Of a DNA stretch of 64,000 nt, positions 1 to 10,047 are shown piece after piece; position 1 is the stretch's first letter; each line of letters begins with the position of its first letter. The DNA is taken from positions 832,001-896,000 of the forward strand of contig CAWETI010000003.1 in assembly GCA_963812015.1 (NCBI GenBank). The letters run 5' to 3'. The DNA is from an uncultured delta proteobacterium. Its GTDB lineage: Bacteria; Desulfobacterota; Desulfobaccia; Desulfobaccales; 0-14-0-80-60-11. The notes under the pieces were generated by a model. It saw nothing but the letters and a program-made list of their open reading frames with translations. It did not search any database and had not been told where the DNA came from. Position numbers and translations under genes: made by a program.

Positions 1-741
1 TACCTCAAGGAGGAACAGATTCTCTTCTCCAGCGACGCCTTTGGGGCCCACCTGGCCTCCAGTGAGCATTTTGACGACGGGTTGCCCGACTGCCCGTGTG
101 ATTACGTCCGCCAGCTGAAAAAGTACTACGCCAACATCCTCATGCCCTTCGGGAGCCTCATCACCCAGCTCTTCGCCAAGATCGCCCAACTGGGGCTGGA
201 GTTCAGAATCATCGCCCCGGACCACGGCCTGATCTACCGGAAGAACCCGGGCTGGGTGCTGGAGGCGTATCAGAGGTGGGCCGCGGGCGCCGTGGAACGC
301 AAAGCCCTGGTGATTTACGACACCATGTGGCACAGCACCGAACTGCTGGCGGAGGCCTTCATCGAGGGCCTGATGGACGCCGGCGTCGCGGCCCAGTTGC
401 ACCACCTGCGCCGGACCCATTACAGCGACATCGTGCCCGAGGTGCTGGACGCGGGCCTGCTCCTGTTCGGCTCCCCCACCCTCAACAACCAGATGTTCCC
501 CAGCATGGGGGAGTTTCTCACCTATCTGAAGGGCCTAGCGCCCAAAAACAAGGCGGCCGCGGCCTTCGGCTCCTTCGGCTGGAGCGGCCAGGCCGTGGGC
601 CTGATCAACCAGGAACTCCAGGCCATGAAACTCAACGTGGTCCACGAAGGCTTCAAGGTCAAATATATCCCCGACCCCGAGGAACTGGCCGCGGCCCGGG
701 CGTTGGGGGAGAAACTGGCGAGGGAGAATTTGAAAGGTTGA
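1..741 (+). CDS. fprA: Flavodiiron protein (A-type flavoprotein), 5'-truncated by window edge
   Basis: Frame open from base 1 (ILFSSDAFGAH); metallo-beta-lactamase IAPDHG motif and flavodoxin motifs (IYDTMWHSTE, GSPTLN, AFGSFGWSG). Confidence 0.9.
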   Translation, partial: YLKEEQILFSSDAFGAHLASSEHFDDGLPDCPCDYVRQLKKYYANILMPFGSLITQLFAKIAQLGLEFRIIAPDHGLIYRKNPGWVLEAYQRWAAGAVERKALVIYDTMWHSTELLAEAFIEGLMDAGVAAQLHHLRRTHYSDIVPEVLDAGLLLFGSPTLNNQMFPSMGEFLTYLKGLAPKNKAAAAFGSFGWSGQAVGLINQELQAMKLNVVHEGFKVKYIPDPEELAAARALGEKLARENLKG

Positions 742-779
742 TCTTTCAATTTCTGTCTGAAAATTAGGTGGGGCAAATT

Positions 780-1040
780 ATGAAAGATAAAGTAACAAAA
801 ATTCCCATCAGCGAGTACCAGCGTATTCGAAATATCCAGGGGGAATTTGCCGTTCCATGTGAAGTTTCGGAAAGATGGCTTTTATTCGGTCGCACTTCAT
901 CTAGGTTGCGAGAAGGCGAAGTTATAAGTGTAGACATTATGACAATGACTGAGAACAACAAGCCGAAAAAACTATGTGGGCTCTTTATAACAAGAGAGAA
1001 TATTATAGAGGTGCTATCAAAGATTAAAGTAAAAGAATAA
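780..1040 (+). CDS. Small hypothetical protein, AT-rich
   Basis: ORF from ATG 780 (track start 768); no recognisable motif. Confidence 0.5.
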   Translation: MKDKVTKIPISEYQRIRNIQGEFAVPCEVSERWLLFGRTSSRLREGEVISVDIMTMTENNKPKKLCGLFITRENIIEVLSKIKVKE

Positions 1041-1190
1041 ACTATATTGTGAAGAATACAACGTCTTCTGGTTCCCGATCTCCCGCTTTGGAATGATTTG
1101 GGTGCGAAGGCCTGCTTTGCTTAAAAATCCTTCCTGGGGTCCCGGGGCCTCTTCACCCACTCCCCTCATTGACGCACCCAAAACGACGTC

Positions 1191-1219
1191 TTGACGTCTT
1201 AGCGTTAAGAGGTTAAAAT
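1191..1219 (+). promoter_or_regulatory. sigma70 promoter of TA operon with overlapping GACGTC repeats
   Basis: TTGACG-17bp-TAAAAT; GACGTC at 1185 and 1193. Confidence 0.6.
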
Positions 1220-1225
1220 GCCGAC

Positions 1226-1459
1226 ATGAAAACCTCGCAGAAAAGAGCCACGATTTACTTCGATCCGGACCTTCACCGGGCTTTGCGGCTTAAGGCCGCG
1301 GAGACGGACCAGTCGGTTTCCGATCTGGTCAATAACGCGGTAAAGCTCAGTCTGGCTGAGGATGTGGAAGACCTGGCCGCCTTCGAGGCGCGGACGCACG
1401 AACCCAACCTGCCTTTTGAGGAAGTCCTGAAAGACCTGAGGCAGCGTGGCAAGATATAG
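1226..1459 (+). CDS. CopG/ribbon-helix-helix antitoxin
   Basis: RATIYFDPDLHRALRLKAAETDQSVSDLVN RHH pattern, acidic C-terminus, overlaps toxin gene. Confidence 0.85.
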   Translation: MKTSQKRATIYFDPDLHRALRLKAAETDQSVSDLVNNAVKLSLAEDVEDLAAFEARTHEPNLPFEEVLKDLRQRGKI

Positions 1460-1706
1460 GCTGCTGATCAAGCCTTCGGCGGTCAAAGAAATCGAAGCCA
1501 TCCCGTTGAAGCGGGATCGTCAGCGGGTGGTTGAACGTATCGGCAAGCTTGCAGAGGACCCTCGTCCATTCGGAGGCGAGAAAATATCAGGGCAGGATAA
1601 GTACCGGGTGAGACAAGGACGTTACCGAATTCTCTATGCCATCGAAGATCAGGACCTGATCGTGCAGGTAGTCAAGGTTGGCCATCGGAAGGATGTCTAC
1701 CGATAA
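1446..1706 (+). CDS. RelE/ParE-family toxin
   Basis: YRVRQGRYRILY...VVKVGHRKDVY RelE signature. Confidence 0.9.
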   Translation: MARYRLLIKPSAVKEIEAIPLKRDRQRVVERIGKLAEDPRPFGGEKISGQDKYRVRQGRYRILYAIEDQDLIVQVVKVGHRKDVYR

Positions 1707-1808
1707 GCCTTACAAGGGTAGCCGTTGGCCAGGCCGACCATTATCTCGTTTCCCAGTTCCCGCCAGGCTGCGCCTCGCGGCTCGCACCGAGGTGCGGAAG
1801 GAACCACG

Positions 1809-2300
1809 ATGACCCAGGAAAGCGCTCCCATGAGTCCAGCGATCAAATGCATCACCGGGCTGGTTCTGGCGATGACCGTGGTGATCCTCATTGCTGCGGT
1901 AAAAGTCTGCGCTCTGCTGTTGGGGGGTGGGGTGCTGGCGGCGGTCACCTTGTTTTGCTATCTTTATGCCCCCATTGCCTATGAGCTCACGGGCGATCAG
2001 TTGACGGTCCAGTTTCGGGTGGGCCAGAAGGTTTTCCCTGGGGTAACCCGGTGCGAAACCCTCACCGCCCGCCCCGCCATGGGGTTGCGGCTCTGGGGCA
2101 ATGGCGGGCTGTTTGCCGCCACGGGGATTTTTTGGAACAAGGCGTACGGGGTGTACCGGGCCTATGTGACGAGCGCCCGATATCAGGATTATGTCCTGGT
2201 GGAGACGCGGGCCCAAAAAATCCTGATCAGCCCGGAAAACCCCGAGGCCTTTGTTAACGCCTGGGTGTCATCCGCCCCTGCTGCGCCGGCGCCAGGCTGA
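1809..2300 (+). CDS. Bacterial PH-domain membrane protein
   Basis: Two TM segments then RLWGNGGLF...ILISPENPEAF pattern. Confidence 0.7.
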   Translation: MTQESAPMSPAIKCITGLVLAMTVVILIAAVKVCALLLGGGVLAAVTLFCYLYAPIAYELTGDQLTVQFRVGQKVFPGVTRCETLTARPAMGLRLWGNGGLFAATGIFWNKAYGVYRAYVTSARYQDYVLVETRAQKILISPENPEAFVNAWVSSAPAAPAPG

Positions 2301-2356
2301 CCGCGTGCCTGCTGTCTCCGAATTCCTGGCGGGGAACCGGCAAAACCAAGCCGAGT

Positions 2357-3016
2357 ATGACTGAATTGTGGCTCAACCTCCCTGAAGCCGCGGCGGACTT
2401 CCGCTATCTCCTGGCCCGGGGCTATCCCCGGAAGAACGCCCTGGCCCTGGTGGGGAACCGCTACGGCCTGGATGAAACCGGTCGCCGGCTCCTGCACCGG
2501 GGAGTTTTCGCCCCGGTGGTGGCGGGGGCTCGCCGGGCCAGACTGCGGCGGCTCCGGGACCTGCTGGGCCAAGCCCTGGCCCTAGACGGCCACAACGTCC
2601 TCATCACCCTGGAATGCGCCGCCCGCCACCTTCCCCTGGTGGCGGCAGACGACGGTTTTATCCGGGACGTGGGCGAGATTTCCCGGGCCTTTAAGGTCTC
2701 GGAGGCCACCGACCGGGCCCTCACCCTTCTGGCCGATTACCTGGCCGGGAACGGGGCCGGGGCCATCCAGGTCTTCTACGACGCCCCCCTGAGCTTAAGC
2801 GGCGAACTGGCCCGGCGCACCCGGGAGATCTTCGCCTCCCGGGGCCTGACGGTTAAGGCCGCGGCGGTGCCGGTGCCGGAGCGGGAGCTGGCGGCCTTGC
2901 CGGGGCCCATCGCCACCAGCGACACCGCGTTAATCGACGCCCATCCGGTGATCGTGGACCTGGCGGGAGAAATCATTACGCCGGAGTTAACCGGCGAGAT
3001 AATTCACCTACTTTAA
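2357..3016 (+). CDS. DUF434-family (PIN-like) protein
   Basis: YLLARGYPRKNALALVGNRYGL, LDGHNVLITLE, DDGFIRD, IATSDTALID. Confidence 0.8.
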   Translation: MTELWLNLPEAAADFRYLLARGYPRKNALALVGNRYGLDETGRRLLHRGVFAPVVAGARRARLRRLRDLLGQALALDGHNVLITLECAARHLPLVAADDGFIRDVGEISRAFKVSEATDRALTLLADYLAGNGAGAIQVFYDAPLSLSGELARRTREIFASRGLTVKAAAVPVPERELAALPGPIATSDTALIDAHPVIVDLAGEIITPELTGEIIHLL

Positions 3017-3273
3017 GGTTTAACATAAGGGGTAAAGTTCTCATCGAGGGACCGGAATTCAGGAGGTGCATTTCGCCAAGTCCAGCCTGGGCTGGAGCAC
3101 CTATCTGAACGGCCTGCAGTTCGACCTGGATCAATGCAAAGGAGAAGTCCGGCAGGTCTGCGATTAGGCGCATTCTTGGCGAGCCTCCCGACCTTAACCG
3201 CAAAGATGTTTTCTGATAAACTAAGAACTTGTCAAACAGCGTTTTTTTGATATAAGATAACCCTATCAAGCAC

Positions 3274-3348
3274 GGGCGGTTAACTCAGCGGTAGAGTGCC
3301 ATCCTCACACGGTGGAAGTCACTGGTTCAAATCCAGTACCGCCTACCA
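3274..3348 (+). tRNA. tRNA-Val(CAC); probable attB/attL of the island
   Basis: Cloverleaf: GGGCGGT/ACCGCCT acceptor, anticodon loop CTCACAC, TTCAAAT T-loop, encoded CCA. Confidence 0.95.
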
Positions 3349-3354
3349 GCAAAT

Positions 3355-4500
3355 TCAAGGGGTTACGGACTTTAATCGTAACCCCGTTTCCTTTTTGGTG
3401 CCTAAATGGTGCCCAACCGCTCCAAAAACCGCATTTTCCAGCCGGCAGGCAGCTTGGGGGTTCTGATCTTTCATTAGGTGGGCATAGACATTAAGGGTCA
3501 CCGTGGGGCTGGAATGTCCAAGCTGGCTTTGGATATATTTGATATTCTCGCCTTGCTCAAACAAGAGGCTCGCAAAGGTGTGGCGGAGATCGTGGAATCT
3601 GATCCGGGGCAAGTCCGCCGCTTTGAGGGCTGGAAGGAAATGACGTTGAACCATGTTGCTGCAGTTCATCGGCCTCCCGGCCTCATTCGGAAAAATCAGG
3701 TCCAGGTCGTTGGCGGTACAGGCAATCCGCCATTTTTTTAGCTCCCGGATAACGGTCGGAGCCAGGTCGATCTTACGCCGTGAACCCTTGGTCTTGGGGG
3801 TAAAGAACCTGCCTTTGTTGAAAGTTCGCTGAATGTAAACCTGCTTGATCTCCCAGTCGAGGTCTCCCCACTTCAAGCCCACAAGCTCCCCCTGCCGCGC
3901 CCCGGTCATAATCGCCGTCAAGAAAAAGGTATGATACTTCTGATCCTGGACCTGCTCCAACAAGGCCGTGATCTGGCCAGGAGTGAGGATGGCGAACTTA
4001 TTCTCTTCTTCATGCCCGTTGGCCTGCTCCCTGGGTCTCTCCGCTTCCCTCAAAGGATTGTGGTCGATGTATTTGTGCCGGACCGCATAACTCAATATCT
4101 GACCAAGGCTTACCAGGATTTTGCGAAGAGTACCGATGTTCATTCCCTGGACCTGCCTGCCGGTGATGAGTTTCTCCAACGTGGCGATGGTGATCCGGTT
4201 GATCTTGAGATCGTTGAGTTCATTGAAATGATTCCTGACATGACCATCATAGACCTCCCAGGTCGTCTCCCGAAGATTGAGCCTCTTATGCTCGACCCAC
4301 TCGCGGGCCACCTCTGCAAATTTGGGAACCTCCTTGGCCGGGAGAAAAGTTCCCTTGGATACCATTTCCTCGCAGGCACGAAGCTGATCTTTAGCCTGGG
4401 CCTTCGTTGCACCACTCGGCATGAGATGCCTCTGCCTTTGGCCATACTGGTCATAGAAATCCAGAAAATACCGGTCACCGCGTTTCCTTACTGTTCCCAT
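3355..4500 (-). CDS. Tyrosine recombinase / phage-type integrase
   Basis: Catalytic R (TGARQGE), K (KTK), HDLRH, LGHS...TLNVYAH; N-terminal arm-binding and SAM-like domains. Confidence 0.95.
   Translation of the reverse strand: MGTVRKRGDRYFLDFYDQYGQRQRHLMPSGATKAQAKDQLRACEEMVSKGTFLPAKEVPKFAEVAREWVEHKRLNLRETTWEVYDGHVRNHFNELNDLKINRITIATLEKLITGRQVQGMNIGTLRKILVSLGQILSYAVRHKYIDHNPLREAERPREQANGHEEENKFAILTPGQITALLEQVQDQKYHTFFLTAIMTGARQGELVGLKWGDLDWEIKQVYIQRTFNKGRFFTPKTKGSRRKIDLAPTVIRELKKWRIACTANDLDLIFPNEAGRPMNCSNMVQRHFLPALKAADLPRIRFHDLRHTFASLLFEQGENIKYIQSQLGHSSPTVTLNVYAHLMKDQNPQAACRLENAVFGAVGHHLGTKKETGLRLKSVTP
3359..3396 (+). terminator. Hairpin terminator after tRNA-Val, overlapping integrase 3' end
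   Basis: GGGGTTACG-9nt-CGTAACCCC followed by T-rich tract. Confidence 0.6.
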
Positions 4501-4701
4501 TTAGCCAACCTCCTTATCCTGCTTCGTAATTGTTAACCGATGCTCCAGGCCCTCTAAAGCCAAGGGTAGAAGGAAGGGTATCTTCCTGGTTCCCGTCTCC
4601 CACCTGGCAATGGTCACCTGGTAGGTGCCCAGCATCTTGGCCAGGTCCACTTGGGTAATCGACCATCTCTTCCGCCACATTTTTAAATCACTTCCGGTCA
4701 T
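4501..4701 (-). CDS. XRE-family HTH regulator directly upstream of integrase
   Basis: ITQVDLAKMLGTYQVTIARWETG; upstream TTGACA and near-palindrome TAACCAATGGTAA. Confidence 0.8.
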   Translation of the reverse strand: MTGSDLKMWRKRWSITQVDLAKMLGTYQVTIARWETGTRKIPFLLPLALEGLEHRLTITKQDKEVG

Positions 4702-4793
4702 GATTTTAATAATATTACCATTGGTTATATAATGTCAAGAAAAAAATTAGGGATTAATCCCTATCGATCGTTGCGAATAGGATGGTACCCCCC

Positions 4794-4819
4794 CCCGCTA
4801 AAGTCGCTAATCTCGCTAA
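4794..4819 (+). repeat. Three CGCTAA repeats with 9-bp period (iteron-like)
   Basis: CGCTAA-AGT-CGCTAA-TCT-CGCTAA; 17 nt identical to the reverse complement of 62344-62360. Confidence 0.6.
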
Positions 4820-5915
4820 TTTTTCGGCCGCTTGGAGGCTTCCCCGGGGGTCATGGTGGGGGCTGGCCTATAGGCCGGGGGGGGTCTATGGTGCCCCCTT
4901 ATCGCCTCTCCTTGCGCTTCTCATGCGGCCGTTTTGGGTGGGGGGCCTAACCATCAGCGAAACCCGAGAGGGGGGTAACCCCCAGCTAGGGGGGAGAAGT
5001 CCTCGTGGCGGGAAGAAAAAGGCAACTTAAGTTGGTGTTTTTGAGAAAATAAACGGGGGCTATGACCTACTTTTTCTTGTCGCCGCTAAAAATGCTTCTC
5101 AGGTAATCCCTGTAGCCGTCCACCACCTGCTCCTATGGTGCGCCGGCAACCTCGTCGCGGCGCCGACACGGTCACCCCAGCCCCCTCCCCTCGGCTCCCC
5201 CCGGTCCCCCCGGGTTCACCACCACCGCCACCGTCGCCCCACCCCTGGTCCACCATGCCTATCATCCCTCAATCGCTCACCAGGCAGCCCCCAGGCCCAC
5301 CCCAAGGCCCACCAGTTTTCGGCCCCAGAAGGCAATGTCGGGGACCAAAACCTTACCCCCCCTGTCATTTAAAGGGTGGTACGGAGATTTTTTCAAAAAT
5401 ATAGCTGCTTAATGGTGTTAAGTACGGGTGCAGGTGATCAGGTCGATTTCGTGAGGTTGTGTTGGAGAATTTTTTTCTATCTGCGATGATCCACCATGTG
5501 ATGGCCCCCCCCTTTTATGGGACCCATGCCAAGATATTTTTAACCGATTTTCAGCCGGACGCGCTCCTGGCCATCCCGAAGCACGTCTCCAGGATGCCAT
5601 TACAAATGCGTCTGGGCATTGGTGAGGCATGATTTGGGGTGGATCAAGGGGGGAAAGGAGGAGAGGTAAGCGGTGAGCGTGCCCCCGGCGGGCAGGTTTG
5701 GCCAGGAGCAGAGGCAAGAAACACCGTGCAGATTTCTTCCCGCCTGCTGCTTCCGGTGTCAGCACCTTCCAGTCCTGCGCCCCTGCCCTTGGTCTGAGTC
5801 AAAAACCGGAACACCTCGGGACAACCCTCCCCCCCGAAGTCAAGTGATCTCCAATCCCCTTTGCAAGGGTTCAAATATACGAACCATAACGATAAATTAG
5901 CGAAGGGGCGAATAA

Positions 5916-6016
5916 TGGCAAGTTATGCGGCGGTCCCACCTTCATGGGGAATCACGCATAGGAGACTTGTTTGGATTCTCATCGGACCCGCTCCATCTTG
6001 ACTTTGCCCATAGGAG
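5916..6016 (+). repeat. Orphan IS1111-type right end (bridge-RNA-like module), copy A
   Basis: GGTCCCACC...GGGGAATCACGCATAGGAG...GGATTCT...CTTGACTTTGCCCATAGGAG, similar to 55900-56173. Confidence 0.7.
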
Positions 6017-6047
6017 ATAGCCGCGATTGCAAAAATATCGTCCAATA

Positions 6048-7056
6048 TATACTGCTCCCCTTGGCGCTGAGACATGAAGCTAAGCGAGCATAATGTCTCA
6101 GGGGGTAAGGATGAAACGCCGTAAGATTGATCCGGAGACCAAGGTAGTGGCGGTCCTGGAAGGGCCCAGAGGCGAGAGCTCCATTGGAGATATCTGCCAC
6201 AAATACCAGATCAGCGAGAGTCTGTACTATCGCTGGCGGGACAAGTTCTTGGCCGGCGGAAGCCAGGCCTTGAGTTCCCGGAATGGTTCGGGTCCCCAGG
6301 CTGCCGTGAAGGCCAGGATTTCTCAGTTGGAAAGGATTACCGGGAAGCAAATCGTCCAGATCAAGATTTTAAAAAAAATTTCTCAGTAAGGCCGGGAGTA
6401 GTCTCCTTGCCGGCTGGCTGAAGGACTCCGGTTATCCCGTCACCGCGCTTTGTACCACCTTGGGATGGCATCGAGCCACCTTTTATCGGCGGGCCCAGGC
6501 GGGGCAGGGGTCCGGCTCCCCAGCCCTCAAATTGCTGGGGAGCCGAGACCCCGTGGGTGATACCAAGATTTTAGCAAGCATCAAAGAGATCAAACAGGGC
6601 CATCCGTTTTGGGGCTATCGCCGGGTTCGGGCCCGGCTGAAATATCGGGAAGGTCTGCCGGTGGGGTACAAAAAAGTCTATCGGCTGATGAAAGAAAACG
6701 CACTTCTGGTGCCACAGAAAAGATACCGGGTTAACCGTCAGCCGACGTGCCGCAAGCCTCAAGCCAACTGGCCGAACCAGTTCTGGGGCATAGATATGAC
6801 CAAGTTTATCGTTCCGGGTCTGGGCTGGGTCTGCCTAGTAGTAGTCCTGGATTGGTTCAGCCGGAAGGTGGCAGACTGGCAGTTGTCCTTGAGATGCAGA
6901 ACCCAAGAGTGGCGAGAAGCCCTGGAAGGAGCCGAGTTACAGGAATTTCCCTACGGATTGTGGGAGAAGGGACTGAAGCTGAGAAGATTTGAATAATGCG
7001 GCTTGATACGACACAAAATGGCCTTTAAAATATATCGACTTTTGGGGAGCATTACA
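6048..7056 (+). mobile_element. IS3-family element, degenerate (orfA 6093-6389, truncated orfB 6460-6996)
   Basis: HTH_Tnp_1-like orfA, orfB with WGIDMT...VVLDWFSRK; imperfect IRs containing TGCTCCCC/GGGGAGCA. Confidence 0.8.
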
Positions 7057-7101
7057 AATGCCATCTCCCAATCAGCCCGCATAGCGAAATTTTTTTGGTG
7101 C

Positions 7102-7162
7102 GTGATCAAAATGATCATATCAAAATGGTCATTCCGTTTATTGCGAAATTAGGGATTTCCTA
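7102..7162 (+). promoter_or_regulatory. Repeated operator motif (TGRYCA x3 + TYCCGYTTAT) followed by TAGGG-N3-YYCTA box
   Basis: Same spacing as 12358-12399 and 51519-51583 (reverse). Confidence 0.55.
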
Positions 7163-7719
7163 ATTTATGTAATTTTGGTAACTGCTAAATTATTAAGCAA
7201 TAATTCAGGAATTTTCCGTTCGAGCCGAGGAACTTTGCTCAAGGCAATCCAAAATCGAACCGGACGATGACCAATTTCGCCAAGGACGGCCCATTGGTCC
7301 CAATCAGTGAGAAAAGGAAAATGATGAAAAGGATGATTTGGGCCGCAATGGCTAAGGGTGCCGCATAATATGCCATATAATAATTATAGCAACTGAAAAG
7401 GAGGACAGCATGGAGTAGGAAAGGGTATCTCCGGAATTAGCCAAAGTAATTATAAGAACAGTGATAGACACCGTTTAATAAGTAAAAGAACAAAGAAGGC
7501 AGGGCAACCATGGACTCTTGGCTATTAATACACGCATTTTGGGGACCTGTAAGGGATCTGATAACCTTTCATTCTCTCCTGATTAAGGGAATTATTGGAG
7601 GAACGCTGTTTTTTTGGGTTCTTAATAAAGCATAGCATCCCAACCTGTTTCAGACCATAGCGCTTCCTACTCATCTCCCTGCTCCTTTGGTCCACCACTC
7701 CAACATAAATTGTAGGTCA

Positions 7720-7740
7720 CAGTTTTCGGGGGGCAGGTCA
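7720..7740 (-). repeat. IS3-type terminal IR remnant
   Basis: CAGTTTTCGGGGGGCAGGTCA, similar to 15476 and 46643 ends. Confidence 0.55.
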
Positions 7741-7830
7741 CTATAACTCGGGAAATACCAGGAATCAAAAAACTTCCTATATCCAGACCATATCTTCAAT
7801 TTTCCTCACTCTAACGATAAGTCCCATTCG

Positions 7831-7946
7831 TGGCAAGTTATTTAACGGTCCCAACTTGGCTGGGTAACCACGAATATGAAATTGGCTTGGATTCTCAATG
7901 AAAACGGATACTGGACCTCTTTTCAACTTGACTTTGCACATAGGAG
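7831..7946 (+). repeat. Orphan IS1111-type right end, copy B
   Basis: TGGCAAGTT...GGTCCCA...AACCACGAATA...GGATTCT...CTTGACTTTGCACATAGGAG. Confidence 0.7.
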
Positions 7947-8119
7947 TTGGTTGCCTTTCTTAATATCCTGAGTAAATTTCCCCGCGTCCAGCCGTGCGCC
8001 GTGGCAAAGGCGCCTTTTGATGGGAGAGATGGAATATCAAGGCCTATTATGGTATAATAAAATTAAAGTCCCCCCAGGACCAAGCGCAGTAGTAGGGATT
8101 CTCTATCGGAGGGAATCAG

Positions 8120-8806
8120 ATGCGGCGAATACCCCAATACAAGGAATCTTTGAAAATTGTGCGGTCCGCCCTCGAGGCGGAGACCCGTGACGTTGTCCAG
8201 GTATCAAACCGCCTCAACGAAAATTTAGTGGAAGCCGACAGAAAAATTTGGCGACAGACTCTGTTCATTTGGGCTGTGGTCATCCTTTCAACCATTTTAT
8301 ATTTCTTATTTCTCCATAATACGATAACAACCACAAGTAAGAAGGAACAAATAGCTCCGCAAACTCTTAGCTCACCTCAGGTTATAACAAGCCCGTCACA
8401 ATCTTCCCTACCCCGTTCAGAGAATCAACCTTTGGCTCCACCAATTCCCGAAAAGGAAGATTTACTCAAGTTGATCAATCAAATTCGAGAGGCCCAATCA
8501 AAGAAAGATATCCGTTTGTTTATAGATGCTTATTCTCCCACCTTCCCCAATTTAGCCAAAAAAAGAAGGCTAACTTTAAATATTTGGCAGAGGTATGATT
8601 ATATTGAGTCTGAATTCCAGATTAACGACATCAAGCTAGAAAATACCTCTTTGATCTTTGGAAGAATCGATTGGAATATCAAAGCTCGAGATCGAAAGAC
8701 TCGTGTAATTAAAATATTTTCAAAATCTTACGATGTTAATTTTTCTAAACAATCGGGAAAATGGTTGATCCAAGGATTAGAGCCGGTTAAGGTCAATAAA
8801 GAATAA
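8120..8806 (+). CDS. Single-TM protein with C-terminal NTF2/SnoaL-like domain
   Basis: TM helix, S/P-rich linker, KDIRLFIDAYS...GKWLI pattern. Confidence 0.6.
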   Translation: MRRIPQYKESLKIVRSALEAETRDVVQVSNRLNENLVEADRKIWRQTLFIWAVVILSTILYFLFLHNTITTTSKKEQIAPQTLSSPQVITSPSQSSLPRSENQPLAPPIPEKEDLLKLINQIREAQSKKDIRLFIDAYSPTFPNLAKKRRLTLNIWQRYDYIESEFQINDIKLENTSLIFGRIDWNIKARDRKTRVIKIFSKSYDVNFSKQSGKWLIQGLEPVKVNKE

Positions 8807-8880
8807 TATAATTCATCATATTGGCGCCGAGCAAGAGTCAAAAATTGCGTTATGGTTTATCATAACAAATTTATGGTGAT

Positions 8881-9753
8881 GTGTTAATGTGGCTACATAT
8901 TAAAAGTTATTATATTTGCATTCTACTGCTATCATTAATATTATTAAATTCGTGCGTAATTAATAATAAGGTAGATTCGTTTTATAGTATTCCAACTATT
9001 AGCTATATTCGGGAAAGCCCTAATTATGATTCTCGAGTGGTGACAGAGCTATATAATGCTGATAAGGTAAAGCTTCTGGAAATAAACGACAATGGCTGGT
9101 GGCAAGTTCAATCCTTACGCAACGAGCAAGTTGGTTGGACTCAACGTGATTTATTAAGTGAAACTCCCATAATTGCTAAAATCTATTATATAATGGCTGA
9201 CAGCCTGCCATTGCGAAATTCTCCCCGGCAAGACGTCATTTCTCGTAATCTGTTGGATTACGGCGATACGGTAAAGAAAATCGATGAAAACGAAAGCTGG
9301 TGGCGCGTATTAGTGGAAAAAGACAAGTCCATTGGGTGGATCCCGGCCAAGATGGTATCTGAAAATCCACTCGAGCAAGCTGAGGGGGAAAAACCTGAAA
9401 TTCTTGAGTCGGAGAAGACTGGCCAAGATTCTCTTACAACCCAGCCTGCCTCTAAAGTTGCTTATTACTTTGTTGCAGCCGGAAGTCTAAATTTGTACAT
9501 AATCCCCTCGATTCCCTCTCAAGTGGTTAAATTATTGAAATTAAACGATAAGGTTGAAAAAATATCTCAGTCAGGCCGCGATTGGTTCAAAGTAAGATAT
9601 CTCGATACTGGTGCTGAAGGATGGACACTCTCTCAATACCTTAGAAGTTCTCCGGTGACAGACAAAGCTCAGATTGTGACGCCCAAGAAGAAATCTCAGA
9701 AAAAGGTTACGATGCCAAAGAAACAGATAACCTTAGAACCCGAAGGGATGTGA
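8881..9753 (+). CDS. Probable lipoprotein with three SH3b domains
   Basis: Hydrophobic leader ending LNSC; three repeats ending WWQV..GW, WWRV..GW, WFKV..GW. Confidence 0.8.
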   Translation: MLMWLHIKSYYICILLLSLILLNSCVINNKVDSFYSIPTISYIRESPNYDSRVVTELYNADKVKLLEINDNGWWQVQSLRNEQVGWTQRDLLSETPIIAKIYYIMADSLPLRNSPRQDVISRNLLDYGDTVKKIDENESWWRVLVEKDKSIGWIPAKMVSENPLEQAEGEKPEILESEKTGQDSLTTQPASKVAYYFVAAGSLNLYIIPSIPSQVVKLLKLNDKVEKISQSGRDWFKVRYLDTGAEGWTLSQYLRSSPVTDKAQIVTPKKKSQKKVTMPKKQITLEPEGM

Positions 9754-10047
9754 GAGCATTTCCTCAATCAGTAAGGAGGTTACTTCTGGGTTTTTCCGAT
9801 AAAGTTGTTTCATTAATTACTTTTCTAAAAGTAAAGGCATCGTTTTCTGCTTTTATGCATCCTCCGAAAGCCAGGTCCGGTAGGGTACCGGCCACACCGT
9901 CTGACTCCAAACGCGGCAACTTTCTCCGCTTCCTATCTGAAGTCACCCCAGAACCCTGGGCAGGGGGTACCCAATTCTTGCACCGAACCCCCGGGCGATC
10001 GCGGCGGCGACCGACTCGGATGTTATCGGGGAGAATGGGGAAAATAT

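Noticed and set aside
1068..1121. Degenerate CGTTC-type REP
   Set aside because: Single, poorly paired copy
4732..5900. GC-rich ORFs and possible cos/oriT site
   Set aside because: Low-complexity Pro/Gly translations and no recognisable motif; function cannot be supported
7270..7540. Minus-strand hydrophobic reading-frame fragment
   Set aside because: Broken by stops, no identifiable family
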